From NCBI RefSeq assembly GCF_006345805.1, contig NC_042999.1, positions 170,190,001 through 170,254,000 of the forward strand: 64,000 bases of DNA, in the 5' to 3' direction. Source of the DNA: Octopus sinensis (taxonomy: Eukaryota). The position numbers and the translations under genes were made by a program. The notes under the pieces are model-generated. The model had not been told where the DNA came from. It ran no database searches and saw nothing but the letters and a program-made list of their open reading frames with translations. Each line of letters begins with the position of its first letter. Position 1 is the first letter of the stretch. This document shows, in pieces, positions 26,236 through 39,989 of the stretch.

Positions 26236-26790
26236 CTACGTATATTTCCTATTTAGTACTAGGGATGTTTCATTTATGAGGACGTACTCCTGTATTTGTC
26301 TAAGTGTTGGGTCTTCTGGGTACTTGAATAAAATACAGATGTCAAGTTGACCCAGGTTGCCTCCATGTTGGTAGAGTATGGAGGACTGTTGTTTGTCATT
26401 GTATTGTCTCAAATGCTCATTTAGTCTTTCTGCAAAGCTCCTAGATGTCTCTCCTATGTATGTCATGTTCATGTCCTTACAAGCACCTTCTATACATCTT
26501 ATGCTGTAGACTACATTTCTAGTTCTACAGTTAATACTAGGCTTAATCCTACATACCATGCAGTTATCACTGGTGCATATGGTATTCTCAATGAGGTATA
26601 TTCTACATAGTTGTGATCTGATGGAGTTCCCTGGCTTTTCAACAATCTTAATGTTGAGTTTGGTCTCCTTCAGAGCTTTCCTAAATCTCCATGGGTTGTG
26701 GCCTCTACAAACATCACTCCTTGATATTTGTCAGTTTTGTACCACAGAGTCACCGTTTGCTTTGTCACAAGCTTTTTGTATTCTATTCCA
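26236..26790 (-). mobile_element. decayed Penelope-like element of a different lineage (GIY-YIG C-terminus)
   Basis: CRTRNVVYSIRCIEGACKDMNMTYIGETSRSFAERLNEH; upstream WYKTDKYQGVMFVEAT linker-like segment. Confidence 0.8.
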
Positions 26791-28169
26791 GTCTTTATAT
26801 AGTTTTACATATTAATAAAGTAGTTTTAGGCACTTTATCCTTTGTTTTCTACATGACATCTATCAGTTTCAATCGCAACAGAAAAACATGTTGGTCTTTT
26901 TGGCTACACATACCAAAACACCATGCATCTCAAAAGGGGTAAGCATATGCCTCCTTTTAGAAATTTGCATTGACTACTGTCAAATGTGAAATTTTTATGG
27001 AAATTCATAGATGACTAAAGAAGTGGATGAGTTGCACAATGAGGTTATATTGGAACCATTGCTTATTGTAAGTAATGTTGCTACTCAATGATAAACACAA
27101 TGTCTTATTTATATTCTAATCCCAAGAAAAATCTTTTAGGAAACGTGCTGAAAATAGAAGTATTGGATCTGATTTAACACTTTAGCATTTAAACTAACCA
27201 CATCCAATACTTAATCTGTCTTATGCTCAAACCAGCCACATCTGGTCTCTCACACTTACCCCACAATGTCATTCTTGAAGCAAACAATTGGCTCATTGAA
27301 ATTTCAGAGCTACGAGACAATGCATGATTCGTTTCAAACAATGTGAATAAATAAGCAGTTCATTTGACTGCATAATCTGAATGCTGAATGGTTAAATATT
27401 TTATTTACAACAAAAATCAAGATTCTTCAAAACATCCAGCACCTCCTTGAGAGTGCCACTGCCTTCCTTAAGAAGCACTGATCTAAATCATAAGTTAATG
27501 GCCTCTTTTCAACTTCAGGGTAACACTGCCCTGTAAATGGGTTATTCCAGTCCCTTGCAATAGTAAAACACATTTGCCCAAAATGCTATGGAGTGGGATG
27601 AAAGCAAAGAGGTGCTTGTGAGGCAGCATCTTGTGAGGGGCTCTGACACAGTGCAGCTGAGTTGAAATCTATAAACACAATAGCAACCATATTAAACATC
27701 TTTTTAACCTTGATGAGAACATTAAAACTCCATGTTTAAAGCAGAATTATCTTTATCTTTTACTTGTTTCAGTCACTAGACTGTGGCCATGCTGGTGCAG
27801 CACCTTGAATCGTTTTAGTTGAACAGTTTGACTCCAAGACATATTTTTTTTAAAACCTGGTACTTATTCTATCGGCCTTTTTTGTTACACTGCTAAGTTA
27901 CAGGGGTGTAAACACAACATCAGTTGTCAAGCAGTGGGGGGGGGGGACAAATACAGACACAAAGACATACACACACAACAGGTTTCTTTCAGCTTCTGTT
28001 TACCAAATCCACTCGCAAAGCTTTGGTTGGCCCAAGGCTATAGTAGAAGGCACTTGCTCAAGGTACCACACAGTGTGACTGAACCTGGAACCACATGGTT
28101 GGGAAGCAAGTTTCTTACCACAGAGCCACGCCTGTGTAGCTTCTCGGCAACTTCTGTTTTTTTAACCAC

Positions 28170-28389
28170 TTAACCCTTTCGTTACCATATTTCTGTTGAA
28201 ATATACCAACTCTCTTTCAAATGATTTTAAAAATAATGAAAAATCTACTCAAATAACTGTCATTATTACGTTTGGAACATAAATCAACCAGAAATTCTGG
28301 TGGAAGATTTTGACTTAGATTACTTTACAACCAGGTTTGTATCATAAAACCAAGGGTGGCTTCGGGCAGGTTGTCATCAAAAGGCTTAA
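28170..28389. mobile_element. piggyBac-type MITE family A (related copies about 5470-5670, 38460-38650, 39555-39780)
   Basis: TTAA-CCCTT ... AAGGC-TTAA ends, about 220 bp, no ORF. Confidence 0.65.
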
Positions 28390-29223
28390 TCAAGCTGAAA
28401 TTTCTGTACCTATGGTTCTATTATTTTTTTTTCAGGGCCACTGGTAGTGTTAGAAAAAAATAGTAAACAGGAAAAAGTATGTCCACAGCCACTATTTGTG
28501 ATAGCAATTTCTCAATCGATGCCCCTCAAAGATAAAGGTTCAAAAGTTGATGAGAAAAGGAAGTGAATTTTTAAAAAATAAATAAAATTTTTGAATTGTA
28601 TTTTCTAGAAATGTAATTTCCATCATCTATAGATTCTGTTGACACAGATCTACTGGGAGAGAGAAGCATTTAAGTTATGACCATCCCAAACACTATGGCA
28701 GTAACAGAATTTTTAAAGGAAAAATATTTTAGAATTAAGTGGGGATAAATACCTTTGAATTGTATTTACAAGAGATGTAAACTTAGTCATCTATAAAGCA
28801 TGTTGTTGTTTAGTCACAGGTCAGCTGAGACAGAACAGCATTCCTGTGAATGAAAGGCATTCAAACTTTTGACCATCCCAAATATTTCAGGTGTCAGCCA
28901 ATCTGGACATCTCATGTTTGTTTTTCATTTTTAACTTAATTCTTCACTTTTATTTTTAAATAATAGGTGAGATGAGGGGGACTAAATGTTGACACTCTCT
29001 TTAAATTTCTTTTATTGTATTTAGGTGGAATATTTTACTTGGAATTTCTGGCTATTTGTAAATTCAACAATGCTCTTTCAAGGTTAATGGTTGGTGGCAA
29101 AACAGTGAGGTGTCTTCATTGGAATAGCATTTAGAATTTTACATTTCTTGACTAAACATGTACAAATCTATGACTGTAAGTCTGGATAAAATCCATACCA
29201 CAAATATAGCTTAAATTCTTATA

Positions 29224-30493
29224 TCAGGTCATCCTATAAGTTCTGTCCGATTTTACCTCTTTTAAAATTGAATGAAATTTAATAGTATTTTAGAATGTCT
29301 AATGGAATTAAAAATTATTTTTATGCATTTGTGTTCATTTAAACTAATTAAATATTATTTTACAGAATAATAGAATTAAAATTTCTTTGATTAAAACCCT
29401 TTCTAACATGGAAGTATCCAAAGAGCATTTGAGGCAAAGAGCATTGAGGAAACTCTGCAGCCGAAGCAACTCGAAACATACACTCAGTTTATGGGAAAGA
29501 ATGCTTGAATGAAAGAACTTGCAGAAGATGGTTTGCAAAATTCAGAAGTGGAGATTTCAGCCTTGAAGATGAAGATCGAACAGGACGTCCAGTTGAGTTT
29601 GATGATAAGCTCCTTGAGGCATTACTTGAAGAAAATCCTGCATTATCAGTTGAAGAATTGGCAATAAAACTTAGTTCAAACCATACGACTGCTCATCATC
29701 ATCTTCAACAACTTGGAAAGGTTCCTAAACTTGGAAAATGGGTGCCTCATGAATTGTCCAAAAGCAACCGCAAATCCCGAGTTGACATCTGCTCTTCTCT
29801 CCATTCTCGTGAACTCATTTCACCCTTTATGGATAGACTTGTGACTGGTGATGAAAAATGGATCTTCTATTGACATGTTAAAAGTCATAAACAGTGGCTT
29901 GACAAAAGGGAAAAAGCTTGACCACAATGGAGAAGGGAACTTCATGGGAAAAAGGTTCTCTCTATCTGGTGGGATTGCAAAGGAGTAATTCACTTTCAAT
30001 TGTTACCACCAAATGCAACAATCAATGCTCAAGTCTACTGTCAGCAATTAGAGTATTTGAACCAAGTTTGAAGAAAAAAAGACCCGCTTTAGTGAATAAA
30101 AAAGGAGTGATGTTTCATGAGGACAATGCGCAACCCCACACTGCAAAGATCACATCACAGAAGATCGAAGAACTTGGTTGGGAAAAAATTCCTCATCCAC
30201 CTTATTCTCCTGACCTTGCTCCTTCAGACTACCATTTGTTTCATAGTTTACAGGATCATTTGGGGGACATAACTTTCGCAAGCCAGGAGGAGATCGAAAC
30301 TGACATTTCAGAGTTCTTCGCTTTGAAATCAAAAGAATTTTACATTGATGGGATTAAAAAACTTGTAAATAGATGGAAGGAAGTCATAGATAATCAGGGA
30401 AAGTACATGGATGATTAAATTTCAATTAAATATAACATTTGATCACTTGTTTTCTTTATTCAAAATTCAGACAGAACTTATGGGATGACCTGA
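29224..30493 (+). mobile_element. full-length mariner (DD34D-type) DNA transposon, transposase disabled
   Basis: About 30-bp TIRs tcaggtcatcctataagttctgtccga / tcagacagaacttatgggatgacctga, with TA on both sides. Motifs WVPHEL, TGDEKWIFY, FHEDNAQPH, HPPYSPDLAPSDYHLF; frameshifts and stops. Confidence 0.95.
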
Positions 30494-30999
30494 TAGAAAT
30501 GAGAAGGCACATGGCTCAGTAGTTAGAGCATTGGGCTCACAATCATGAGGTAGTGAGCTCAATTCCCGGACATGGCTGTGTGTTATGTTCTTTCCCTTGG
30601 ATAACATCAGTGGTGTGGAGAGGGGGGAGCTGGTATGCATGGGTGACTGCTGGCCCTCCATAAACAACCTTGCTTGGACTTGTGCCTCAGAGAACTTTAC
30701 AGATGCAATCCTAAGGTCATTCATGACTGAAGGAGGTCTTTACCTTTATACTGGACTGGATACCACTAAGAGGAACTAGTTAAATCCAAACCATGCTATA
30801 ACAATAAAGGAAATAGAAGGAAAGTGTATTGTGTTTGTGTTTATGCTCAAACATACACCTAAAAAAGGGTTATCAAATGGGGTCATTTAACCAGCAAGAA
30901 ACAGGTGCTCATTAGAGGCTAAGCAACAGCAAGAGCACAATCCAAATTTTTTTTTGTTATATATTTTTGTTTTGGTTGGTCTCTAGAAAGGAGTTGTGG

Positions 31000-32560
31000 T
31001 TTTGTTCCCATCCATGGACGAAACTGACATGGTTAACAGTCGTCTTGAACAGTAGTAAGGAAAATGATGTTGAAGGAGAGAATTTCAGAGATGACATTCT
31101 AAGGATTAAGTGCACCATCTCAAAGTGATTAGTTCCCGTCTTGGAGGAATCTAGGTAAAGACCGCTTGAGTGGAGGCGGTACCAAAGCCAAGTAGCTATG
31201 AGAATTAGATACCATAGTAGTACAGTACAAAAAGGAGAAGAGATAGAGCATACATGGGCTACAGGTTGGGGGTACGTTTGCAAGCAACTTTACATGGGGG
31301 TAGGAGATGTGACAGCAGGATTCCTTGGCCGTCACCTCAGCTTTCTAAGGGGTAAGCAGTTGTTGGGATCTAAGATATTTTCTATCTATGAAATGAATTT
31401 ATAGCAACCATGGAAGTTTCATTGCTCGTGCAATGTCATTCTAAAAGTAAACAAACACATCATTGAAATCTCAAAGCTACGAGACGATGCATGATTAATT
31501 CAAAACAATGTGAATAAATAAGCATTACATTTGACAGAATAATCTGAAGGAGCTAAAGGGTTAAAAAGACTGAGAGATTTAAGATGTTGGACAATGTTAT
31601 TAATGGTTGTCTTCCTGTTTTTGAGATATTTGAAAGTGAATGCAGGATGACAGTCGGCAGGGCCAGAAGAGTTGCCCTTTTTTGAGACTGGACACACTAT
31701 AGCATGCTTGTAAAGAGCAGTATAAATTCATGGAAAGATGAAGAGAGAGAGAGAGAGAGAGAGATTGAATAGTTTGGTGAAGACGGGCTAACTCTAGGGT
31801 ACATGGTCTGATGATAATGGAAGGGATGCTGTCAGAGCCAATGTCCCTGCAATCAGGAGTGCTTTTGCATTCATTCTATATGTGTTGATAATAAGCCTGG
31901 TAGGGTGGAAAGGCACAGTTTTGAAGCTTGTTCACCGGACATGTACAGTGCTGAGCTGAATGCAAAGTGGGTAGGAAAGGTAGAGAAGAGGAAAAGGATT
32001 CCTCAAAGTAGGGAGAGGTATTCTGGAAAGGGACCAATAATATTGACTGCTGTTGGGAGAGTGGATTGTGGTTCAGATGATGGTCTTGTGGTGCTGGGTG
32101 GTTTATCCCACCTCTGTAGGTAGCTTTCTTTGCATGATGGCTGCTAGTGAACCACTGGTTGTGTGTGAGATGTGAAGAGACATGATTAAAAGGATGGTTT
32201 CAATTACCCACCAGGCCGTTTCTGATAGGCCAGAGATTATGCGCTTCATGAAAAGGATAACATAGAAATGGCAGAGCTGATCTGAAGAGCTGTAAAGTCC
32301 AAGAGATGAATGGGTAACTGAAATAATGTAGTCATTGGACCGTCCAAATGGTGCAGATTTGGTGACAGTTAGGTAGAAGTTAGTTTTGGAGGTGAGAAAG
32401 AGATCAATGGTGTTTGGAAAATTTGAATGTTCTCTGGAAATGCACAGGGGGGTGGGGGATAAAATTAGTTGGTGCAAAATAGTAAAAAATTTTGGTTTCT
32501 GAGGGAGAGCCAAGAAGTGTGGTGAACTTGGAATCACCACAGATGACGATCTCGAGGACA
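31000..32560 (-). mobile_element. decayed CR1/Jockey-type LINE ORF2 fragments, interrupted by a MITE at about 31,400-31,565
   Basis: PNTIDLFLTS...SAPFGRSND (endonuclease end), CPVSKKGNSSGPADCHP (RT start), LALVPPPLKRS (C-terminal). Confidence 0.7.
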
Positions 32561-33342
32561 TAGTAAAGTAAAATCGATGAGAAAGGAAGAAATTTGGTTG
32601 AATTCTGTAACTTATGTTCTTTCTCCTTTCTTGTTGAAGAACAGAAGGGTTCATTTGACTTTTCCTTGCCCTTTTTTTCTCCACAAAATGTTTGATACTA
32701 TTTTTGGGGAAAGAAAGTAAAATCTAAATACCAAGAGAGGAAGCAATTTATTACCAGCCACTAAGACTGATTGAAAATCAAACCATTGAAAGACATTTCA
32801 CATAGTCACTGAACCATAAAGAAACAAGGCCAACCTGGAGCCAAGTGGCAGAAGCAACATCTAATCAAATAGTTTATAGTATTGAGATCAATATTCAGTC
32901 AAAGCTATCTTAAGTCTTTAATAAAAAGAAAAAAAAAAAGAAAAGAAAAAGTTTAAAAAAATTCCTGGCATTGCTCCAGCATGGCTAGAGTGCATTGAAA
33001 CTTACTAAAAGAGTTCTTTGCAGTAGCCCAACAAGAAAAACAATTTAATTATTCTACAGTAAGAAATGATTAATTCAACAGCAACCCTTATCAAATGGTT
33101 CTTAATAAAGCCATTTCGCCTTGAACTAAAACTCAAGAACAATTTAGCTGCTTTATTTTCTTTTCTTTTTACCTTTTTTTTTTTATCAATTCTCATTTAA
33201 CTTTGGAATGTTATTTATGTGTTCATATAAAAAGTCTTTGCTTTTACTATTACACAAGTTTTTTCTTTTGTTTTAATTTGTTGCTAAACACATCACAGAA
33301 GGTCAACAGCTAGAAACAAGTCTCCTGCATAATCTAATATAC

Positions 33343-33373
<31 letters not shown>

Positions 33374-33828
33374 ATAAAAATTCAACCACGGACAACAGCT
33401 TCTCATCAAGAATAGAATTGTCTTCATTATTCCAGACAGTAAAGTAAAGCCATATTCACTTCCTTTATCTCTTATGATTTTATAACATATCTAATCTTAG
33501 CTTATTTTGCTTTGCTTTCCATGCAAGTTTAACAGCTCAACAAACTGCTAATATAACACACTAGTTCATTTATAACTATCTATCTAGCAATCACACTTGT
33601 TAGCCTGCTTTCTTCCACTCTTCCACCGCTCTCTCTAGCTCAGGTTTTCGCTCATTGAAAACCTGGAAAAATCAAATATAAGCAATGAAGGATTAATAAT
33701 AAAAGACTGCTTTGAAAGTACCTCCTTCCATTCCAAAATGGTTGTTTTGGACTTGTTCTTGGAACAGTCATCAATTCTCTGACCTCACAGAAATTTGCTT
33801 GTGTGTGAATTTTGTTTTTCTCTGACCT

Positions 33829-34189
33829 TTAACCCGTTAGCATTCAAACCAGCCACATCTGGCTCGAATATTCTGTTTTATGTTCAATCTAGCCAGATCT
33901 TGCCTCTCACACCTATCCTACTATGTCATTCTAAAAAAATAAACAGTCATATCATCAAAATGTTGAAACTATGAGATAATGCATGATTAATTCAAAAAAA
34001 TATGGTGTCATGTAAAAAGCACCCAGCACACTCTTAAGAAGGCCATCCAGCCATAGAAACCATGCCACAACAGACAGTTGGGGTTCAGACAGCTCCACTT
34101 CAAACTGTCCAACCCATGCCAGCACGGAGAGTGGACATTAAATGATGAACATTCTATTTTACAGAGTAATCTAAATGTTAAAAGGTTAA
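33829..34189. mobile_element. piggyBac-type MITE family B with nested SINE (uninterrupted copy 27174-27395)
   Basis: TTAA-CCCGTTAGCATT ... AATGTTAAAAGG-TTAA; a family-3 SINE fragment is inserted at about 34,005-34,150. Confidence 0.65.
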
Positions 34190-37100
34190 TACAATCATGA
34201 TAACGACCATCATCCTTTTAAACATCTACTTTTTTATGGTTCAATGGATCAAATGAGACCATGCTGGAGCAGTTTTCTACAACCAGATGCCCTTCCTGTC
34301 ACCAACCCTCACCTGTTTCCAAGGAAACAAACACTCATGACATAGTTATGCAGGAAACTGGAAACTACACCATTTGCAAACACACATGAAGAGAAAAACA
34401 AACTCATTCACACACAGATGCAGACAATAAGCTTTATCCCTTTTCTGTTAAGCAATCCCACTCACAAGGAACTGGTCAACATGAGGCTATAGTATAAAAT
34501 GTCCACATACAGAGACTGAACCCGTAACAACCCAGTTCTGAATTGAGCTTCTTAACTACAGGCCATGCCTACACCGTTGTACAACTTTAAAGGGTTTAGT
34601 CACTCTCTTTTTACCAAACTGCTAAGTTACAGAGGCATAAACAAACCAACACTATTAGTAAGGGTAGGAAGAAACAAAAACTTACGAATCTAGTGTGTGC
34701 ACATTCTTTTGTTTGTGCACCAGTTGTGAAATGTGCAGCTTAAAAGGAACATTGCTCCTTACCACCACTATCATCATTGTCTATTTCATAACCATTTTTT
34801 CTTTTTCTATGGATTAAACAGCTCTATATTATATAGCCTTTTCCCAAGATTTGTCAATCACTTCATTTTATCAATACATAAAAAAAAACCTTCAGCTTTC
34901 TAAGTTTTTGAAGAATTAATCTATATCCAGTTATTCATTCTTTGTTCTACGTCTCTCTCTCTCTCTCTCTCTCTCTCTAACACTTTCCCATTACCAATTC
35001 ATGACAGCTCTATTAAAACCTGCATGGATTATCATCCCTCAAGATGGTTGTTCTTGATGATGTACTAGAAATGTTAGAGATATCAGCCAAATCTTCTTCA
35101 TATACTAGTCTTAAAAAAAGAAAGTCTGCATTAGATCAGTGTTTAATGCATCCTTCCTGGAATGAAGAAGACTGAGGATTGAAAAGGACCAGAAAAAAAA
35201 AAATCTTATTAAACTTGTCCAATATTATGGCAAAGAAAGCAGAATCACGTGAATGCAAGTTCTACTTTGTTTTCTCAGTTTCACAAGACTTTGGTCAGCC
35301 CAGACCCGTAGCAGAAGACACTTCCTCTAAGAGCATTGCAACGAGACAGATCATGACACCATGCAGTCGAGAAGTGAACTTCTTAACCACAGAGCGATGC
35401 CTGTACCTTAGATATCTTACTAAATAGATCAGTCAATATATTTTAAACTAGTTTCTCTTAAGTTCTATATTTATAAACCAGTGTGTCACTTATCACATAT
35501 CAGATATTATAACATATAATCTACTGTATGAAACCAAGGAAAATCTTGGTCTGCATACCCATTAATCAAACGTTGGTTTGTGCTGTCTATCGCTGGCTCG
35601 ACTTTTCACATTAATTAGCAACTCTAATTAACAGGTCAATTATATCTAAGACACTAGTAGTCTATAGCAAAATAGAAGAACCCAAGGAAACTAGAGATGG
35701 TCAGTGTCAACAAATACTAAATATTGAAAAAAAAAAAAGTTCAGTAAGTGAAATAAATGGTTTTGCCACGAGGAAAAGAGAAGTTTAATAGTTCACAGTT
35801 AATTCTGTAACTCTTTAATGTTTATTAGGGATGCTGCACAAGACTGACTTTTTTTTTAATATTTATCCAATTGCAGAAGCATGTTTCATGGTGGTAGGGA
35901 GCAATCCCTTTTGTTATACTGAAGTAAGAACATGTTTCTGGAATCATTGGGGCCCAGTGCTAATTAATTCCCGATCCAAATTTTGCCCCTAACAATTTTG
36001 TCTTATTTCCAAGTCAGTAATTGCTCTTTGTTTCAGTCAAAAGTGGAACAGCCCTACAATCACAGGCATTCTAGCTGTGGCCATCCTGTCTTTGAGAACA
36101 TCTATCCTCTGTATCAATGTGGAAAGATTTGACAGCTTTTTTGTACAAGGTTGAACAAGCAATGTAGAAGTAGCTCACAGGTCAAAATAGTATGAAAAAG
36201 AGTATTTGTTACTGGAAACTTTCTTGCAACCTAATACAGTTCTTAGGGTTCTTTCTCTTTTTTTTTTGACACATACCCAATGGATTAAAAGTATGTGTGA
36301 GAGATAGAGGGGGGGGTTGTAGTCACTGGATTTGCTAGTAAAAAAATCCCTTAAATCATGTTCCGTCTTAAAAGTAAACAATAGACAATGTCATCCCTGA
36401 CATAAAAGCAAAAAAAAAAAAAAAGAAAGAAAAAAGAAAAACTTAATGATGGTCACAGTTGGAATGTCATATCTTCTCAATCAGAATTCTCCTCAGACTA
36501 AATTTTCCTTTGTCTTTATTGTAATTTATATCAATTTATTTACCTGTACATGAGGGGGAAAAAAAAACCCACTTCATTACTATCATCATTAAAAATCTCT
36601 CCTTGCAAGAGCAGTCTTCTTCTGTCCTCAGTGAGCCCCTCTCTATCATCCAATTTATTGTTAACATACACAACAAACAACTCTGAATTCCTTTCTAAGT
36701 GCTAACCAAGCACAATGTCACTTCACTTGAACTATCATATGAAAACTGGTGTTTTTAGTGTAATTACCTTGAATAGTCTCTATTCAGGGCAATTTTTCAT
36801 TGCTGTACCATTCAGAAAGTTCTGCAGGTTGCAATGTACCCATGGCTACTGTATATGATCATTCAACTACTGAGAAACATGCAGCCAAATCTCCCTCATA
36901 TCACTACTCTAGTTTCAGTCAAAAAGAGCACAGTGAGTAATGCAGCACTTGAGACACCATTACTGATTAAAAAGTCAGGATGGTTATGGCAGGAATGCCT
37001 TTATTATGTCTGCTCAACCAGAGCTCCAAACTGGATCTTAACAACAACAATCTGCTTAGATTGTATTATACACCAGATATACATTGATGTTGGACTGCTT

Positions 37101-37830
37101 TTGGAAGTATGCCAACACACTTCAAAACTTGACAAATGCAAACAGCCTGGGCCTCCTTGCAGCAGGTGAACAATGATTGACATGTAAAGACTGTCTAATC
37201 AACTTTTAACTATGTGCTGGACTGACTAGACTTCACATCAACACTACAAAAACAATGTTTTCCTGTTTCAATATGGACATATAAGTGCTGCTGTGAGGTT
37301 GGTGACAATCTCCTCAAAGTGGTGGCCAGCTCTGTTTACTTCTTTTTTTTTTTTTTCTTTTGCACCAATGGTATCATTGGTAAAACATTTCTGATAGCAG
37401 GTTACTTGCATTTCCAATGGCAGGAGTGACAAGGGAGTGTCTACACATTTTGGGTGGAATAAATATCACAACAATTTGATGTGTATTTCTCCAATATTTT
37501 CACACACACACATCATCATCATCATCATTTAACGATTGTTCTCCATGTTGGCATGGGCTGGACAGTTCGACAGGAGCCGGCAAGGCAGAAGACTCCATCA
37601 AGTTTCACTGTCTGCTTTTGGCAAGGTCTTTATAACTGGATGTCCTTCCTAATACCAGCCACCAGGTAACTTGCAAGACAAAGATCCTTTGGCAGGGGAG
37701 GATGATTGGATGAGGTGGCCTTGTGCCAGGTGAGATGAGAGCTAAGAGTGTGACAAGGATCGAAACAAGTGCCTTGTAGAGAAGCTACATGGTTAGCCAG
37801 TTAGGGGGAGAGAGCAAGGGAAAAAGAGAG

Positions 37831-37868
<38 letters not shown>

Positions 37869-37871
37869 AAT

Positions 37872-38045
37872 AAAATCGGTGGACCCACGCGAGCGGAAAC
37901 GACCACCCGGAAGGCCTCCATGACGGTGGAGTTACGATTGGGATCACGTGGTTGAGAAAGCCGCGATCCAGAGAGGAGTGGACAGCATGCTGTGACCAGT
38001 GGTGTCAAATGGACGCCTGACGGACTGGTTGGTCAAGGTGATATA
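37872..38045 (+). mobile_element. second, internally deleted copy of the same RTE 3' end
   Basis: Near-identical to 57,862-58,070 apart from two short deletions. Confidence 0.85.
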
Positions 38046-38050
38046 TATAC

Positions 38051-38114
<64 letters not shown>

Positions 38115-39989
38115 AAAGGCACCCTCCCTTCCTTCCTCTGTGTGAGATGCTCCTCTCACCAATAAGACTGACTATATAGAAAACTTTTATTTTACATTTA
38201 AATAAATACTCAGAAATTCCAATAAATACAATAAAATACATTCTAAGCAAATACAGTATTCACTGAAGAAAGTGAATCCAACCACACTTCCCAAAGTCAT
38301 TTGACCCACTAAAATTAGCAGTCAAATTTCCCTTGATATACTGTAGGGTAGGCAATGCCTGGCAAAAAAGAAGTTATGAAAAGGATGCTTTTGGTCATTT
38401 AGGCCTGTTCTGCAGATCTATGTGGACACAAGAAATAGCAGCCAAATTTCTCTTAGGTCATACCCCAAACATACCAACTCATCTGGTTCTATGATACAAA
38501 ATTGATATTCTAAAATGATCTCAATTAAAGCCTTCTTCCCTCAAATTTTCATGTAAATTTATGTTCCAGACACCAGTTTACGAATAGCAAATGAAATCAA
38601 CTGAAACAAAGGAATCGGAGCTGAACCAGGAAAAATTGTAACAAAAGTGTTAAAGGGGCGGGGGGTAAACTGGGTGGTGTAGTCTTAAATACAGTGGAGC
38701 TGAAAAGATTATTTTTAAAGGGGATGGCCTTATGGTTGGAACGCTTTGTTCATCGAACTCAATGATCAGGATTGACAAGAACATTTCAAGGGCGCCCAGT
38801 TAGAGAGACTCTCTGTTATGCATGGGCAACTATTCTTGAAAGCAAGCTGGACTACTAAAAGAATTCAAGGTAATTTCTTGTTAGCTATGCTATTCAGAAA
38901 GTCCCAAAAGCCACAGGTTGCCTACAGCTGCTCTATGCAGTCTTTAACCTGCTAGAAATAGTACCCAAATCTTCCCCAGGAGGGATGATTATAGCAAAAT
39001 CATAATTCTGCTTGTTCAGAGCTGACTTCAATGTTAAATAACAATGGTGATGAATCAACAAGCAGGGCATACAGTGGCTACTCAAAGAGCTGGAAATAGA
39101 AACCAAATTATACCACACCATCTTTCAAAAAGGAAGAACACATGAATGTAGTCCTAGAATGTACTTTACCTTAAAAATAAGCTGATCATGCTTAGAATGC
39201 CTTTGGTCATAAATCTGTTCAATCAGGCTTTACTTAGGGCTAAACAGCATTTATTCACACAAACAAAAGGCAATTTTAACCAAATGCTTGAAATAAACAA
39301 CTGAAAATTAAGATTCCTTTTATCAAGCATTTTTGTCCTTATTCCACAACAGAAATCGTTCATTCATTTTTTCCAAGCTAGAAGAGATTGGACAGGAATT
39401 GATTTTGAGACAAGATTTTACAGCCAGCTGCTTTTACTGTCACCAACCTTTACTTGCTTTTTAAAGAATGGATTTTTTTTATCCAGGGGTCTTCAAAAGT
39501 GCTGAACAACTTGTCTATAATGTCAATAAGGAATGTTAACATCATCGCTATTTCATTTAACTCTTTTGTTACTGTACTTCTGTTGAAATATATTGCCCTT
39601 GTTTCAATTAATTTCTAAAATAATGAGGTATTTAATGAACTAACTTTCTCATTATAAAACTAGTGCCTGGAGCAAATTAACGTAAAATTTTGATGGAAGA
39701 TTATAATTTAGATCACTATAAAGAAGTAAGTTTGTGTCAGAACCAGAAGTGGTCTCAGGCAGTTTGGTCTCAAAACAGTCAAACTGTCACAAATGAAAGA
39801 TCAACAGCCACTCACTACATACAATGGATTTCCTTTAGTTCCTACTTACCAAATTCACTCACAAGATGGTGGTTGGTCCAGAACTACAGAAGACTCATCA
39901 TGTCTCTGCAAAGCAAACTTCTTAACTACATAACCATGCATGTGAAATCAATACATTTCTAGAAATATTGTTCAGTTCCATCTGAATCC

